Of a stretch of DNA of 37,671 nucleotides, positions 35,927-37,671 are shown piece by piece. Source of the stretch: a virus (Duplodnaviria > Caudoviricetes); IMG/VR virus record IMGVR_UViG_3300019762_000017, positions 1-37,671 of that record. One strand, written 5' to 3'. Below the pieces are notes generated by a model. It saw nothing but the letters and a program-made list of their open reading frames with translations. It had not been told where the DNA came from and did no database searches. Numbering within the stretch: the first letter of the stretch is position 1; each line of letters begins with the position of its first letter. The translations under genes were made by a program, and so were the position numbers.

Positions 35927-36253
35927 ATGACACAAAAAAATAAAGATGAGTACGTATACCTATTTGTATGCACTTCTAAGAAGATTGACGGGATGTACCT
36001 TGCAAAGTACGGCTGCTCAAAAAAAGACGTGAAGCCTAGGCTTTATTCAGCGCAATCAAAGATGAAGTGTAAGTTCGATATGCAGGTGGTGGTTAGAGTT
36101 CGCAGCGCACACAAGGCCGAGGGTAGGGTCAAATGGAATTGGATTAATGAGATTGGACAGATGTATTACATTGGGTCTGAGTTTGTTGGAATAAATCCAT
36201 GCAACTTAAATCAAGCAATTGATGATTTTAAGGAGCTGGTTAATGGCCAATAA
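35927..36253 (+). CDS. GIY-YIG/T5orf172-like protein
   Basis: YVYLF...KYGCS...RL...AE...GSEF; GAGG RBS. Confidence 0.55.
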   Translation: MTQKNKDEYVYLFVCTSKKIDGMYLAKYGCSKKDVKPRLYSAQSKMKCKFDMQVVVRVRSAHKAEGRVKWNWINEIGQMYYIGSEFVGINPCNLNQAIDDFKELVNGQ

Positions 36254-37001
36254 GGGATGGGTAAAGCTTCATAGAAGCATAACAGAGCACTGGGTTTGGG
36301 ATTGTGAATTTAGTTGCGCACAGGCATGGGTAGACCTTCTAGTTAACGCCAACCACTCCGAGAGAAAGCTTACAATAAAAGGCCAACTAATCATCATTGA
36401 AAGAGGTCAGCAAGCAAGGTCTGAGGTTACTCTTTCTAAGCTGTGGAAATGGTCAAGAAACAAGGTTAGACGATTCCTTAAAAACCTAGAAAGTGACGGT
36501 ATGATTACTCAGAAAGCGACACACCTAACATCAATCATAACTATATGTAATTACAGTGATTTTCAGGGTGGTGATACAACTAACGGAACAGGTAAAGAAC
36601 AACTAACGGAACAGGTAAAGGACAGCAGGCGGAACACAAACAAGAATGGTAAGAATGATAAAGAAGTTATAGATCAATTCAACTTTGAAGATATAAGAGC
36701 AGTCTGGAATGAAGTCTGCAGTAACTCATCGACAATCTGCCAAACCAAAAAGATTGTAGATTCCAAGACTAAAAAGCAACTTCCGGTTATCTACAAAAAC
36801 TATTTAGCCAGATGCAAATCTGCAGGTAAGGTGCCTGTTGATAAACCAACTTGGTGTAAGTCTTACTTTGAGATAGTTCACGAGTGGGCTGCAGGATGGC
36901 AAAACTTCAAAGATGGCGATGTGTTTAAGCTTCATCTTGAATACGCTACTAGACTAGCAACTTATGAAAAAGTAATTGAATGGAACGAACATAATGATTG
37001 A
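36243..37001 (+). CDS. Replication initiator (lambda O analogue)
   Basis: GWVKLHRSI..HWVW, LLVNANH, RGQ, WKWSRNKVRRFLKNL, ITICNY. Confidence 0.85.
   Translation: MANKGWVKLHRSITEHWVWDCEFSCAQAWVDLLVNANHSERKLTIKGQLIIIERGQQARSEVTLSKLWKWSRNKVRRFLKNLESDGMITQKATHLTSIITICNYSDFQGGDTTNGTGKEQLTEQVKDSRRNTNKNGKNDKEVIDQFNFEDIRAVWNEVCSNSSTICQTKKIVDSKTKKQLPVIYKNYLARCKSAGKVPVDKPTWCKSYFEIVHEWAAGWQNFKDGDVFKLHLEYATRLATYEKVIEWNEHND
36576..36666 (+). repeat. Origin iterons inside the initiator gene
   Basis: ACAACTAACGGAACAGGTAAAG twice at 23-nt period, degenerate third copy, then AAGAATG repeats. Confidence 0.75.
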
Positions 37002-37671
37002 TGCATATCAGTACGAAATAGAAATGATATACGCGGTACTTAGGGGTGGATTAACTCCGAATGCTATTGAGGTTATCGATAGAATTGAGCCTGAAATGAT
37101 GCGAGGCACTCACAATAGGGAGCTGTGGTCGATAATTAAAAAGCTAAGTTCTGCAGGTGATTTAATTGAGCCGATAACGGTATTTGAGAAAGTGGAGGGT
37201 GATCTAGGTGGTGATGAAGGGATCAATCAAATGCTGGCCATGCGTGGGAAAATAGTCGGATCACCATCCAATGTAAAAGGGTACGCGAAACGAGTTAGGC
37301 AGGCTTATTATTTGAGGCAGGCTGAAGATGCAATGGTTGAGGGCATTCAAAGAATACAGAATTGTTCAAGAGCCGATCAGATTGGAAGTGTTGCCGAATC
37401 ATTAGAGGCTATATTGAAAGGCTTGGTGATTGAATCTGACTCTAAGAAGCCGCGATCATACGATGAAATCATGGATGACTACATTGAGGTGTTTCGCGAA
37501 AGAATTGAAGGCCACGAATCACAGAGAATGATTAAAACAGGGATTGCACCACTTGACGAAATGACGGGAGGATTTAATCAAACCGATCTGATTGGTCTCG
37601 GTGGAACGCCTGGAATGGGTAAAACTGAATTACTGGTAAGAATGATCCGCGGTGTCTGCAGTCAAGATATG
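36994..37671 (+). CDS. dnaB: DnaB-like helicase, N-terminal part, open at window end
   Basis: Read by hand, 226 open codons; IKTGIAPLDEMTGGF, GGTPGMGKT Walker A. Confidence 0.92.
   Translation, partial: MIDAYQYEIEMIYAVLRGGLTPNAIEVIDRIEPEMMRGTHNRELWSIIKKLSSAGDLIEPITVFEKVEGDLGGDEGINQMLAMRGKIVGSPSNVKGYAKRVRQAYYLRQAEDAMVEGIQRIQNCSRADQIGSVAESLEAILKGLVIESDSKKPRSYDEIMDDYIEVFRERIEGHESQRMIKTGIAPLDEMTGGFNQTDLIGLGGTPGMGKTELLVRMIRGVCSQDM

Larger units (their letters stand above)
1..37671. mobile_element. Near-complete tailed phage (podovirus) genome, circularly permuted within the helicase gene
   Basis: Complete head, tail, lysis, replication and recombination modules; no host housekeeping genes; DnaB split across the two ends. 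Confidence 0.95.

Noticed and set aside
36576-36666. CRISPR-like or novel repeat array
   Set aside because: No spacers; location within the initiator gene fits ordinary lambdoid origin iterons
1-37671. Prophage with att sites or host flanks
   Set aside because: No integrase or bacterial genes; both ends fall within one phage gene

Overview
The window looks like an essentially complete, circularly permuted ~37.7 kb podovirus genome. Gene content and sigma70-type promoters point to a gammaproteobacterial host, possibly Vibrio-like (inference). It opens in the C-terminal half of a DnaB helicase and ends in the N-terminal half of the same gene, with about 8 codons apparently missing at the join. 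The early region is lambdoid: Sak4/SSB/exonuclease, cro-like gene, Rha, O-like initiator with internal iterons, DnaB, ninB, ninG and a wHTH gene in the Q position. The virion module is BPP-1/T7-like: terminase, portal, scaffold, capsid, tubular A/B, ejection proteins and tail fibre. I found no integrase, CI repressor, partition genes, RNA polymerase, tRNA or CRISPR. The most interesting signal is a candidate RNA regulatory layer: a ~75-nt minus-strand sRNA rich in anti-Shine-Dalgarno segments at the Q-position gene, an oop-like antisense RNA, a kissing-loop attenuator inside the head operon, and a structured capsid leader with two GAGA-tetraloop hairpins and an anti-SD. Protein-level oddities are an ART-like (ADP-ribosyltransferase) domain inserted in an ejection protein, an SGNH esterase in frame behind an amber codon, a stand-alone PAPS-reductase-family Fe-S protein, an internally duplicated MazG and repeated promoter-RHH-nuclease cassettes. 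All calls come from reading motifs by eye; no searches or folding programs were run.
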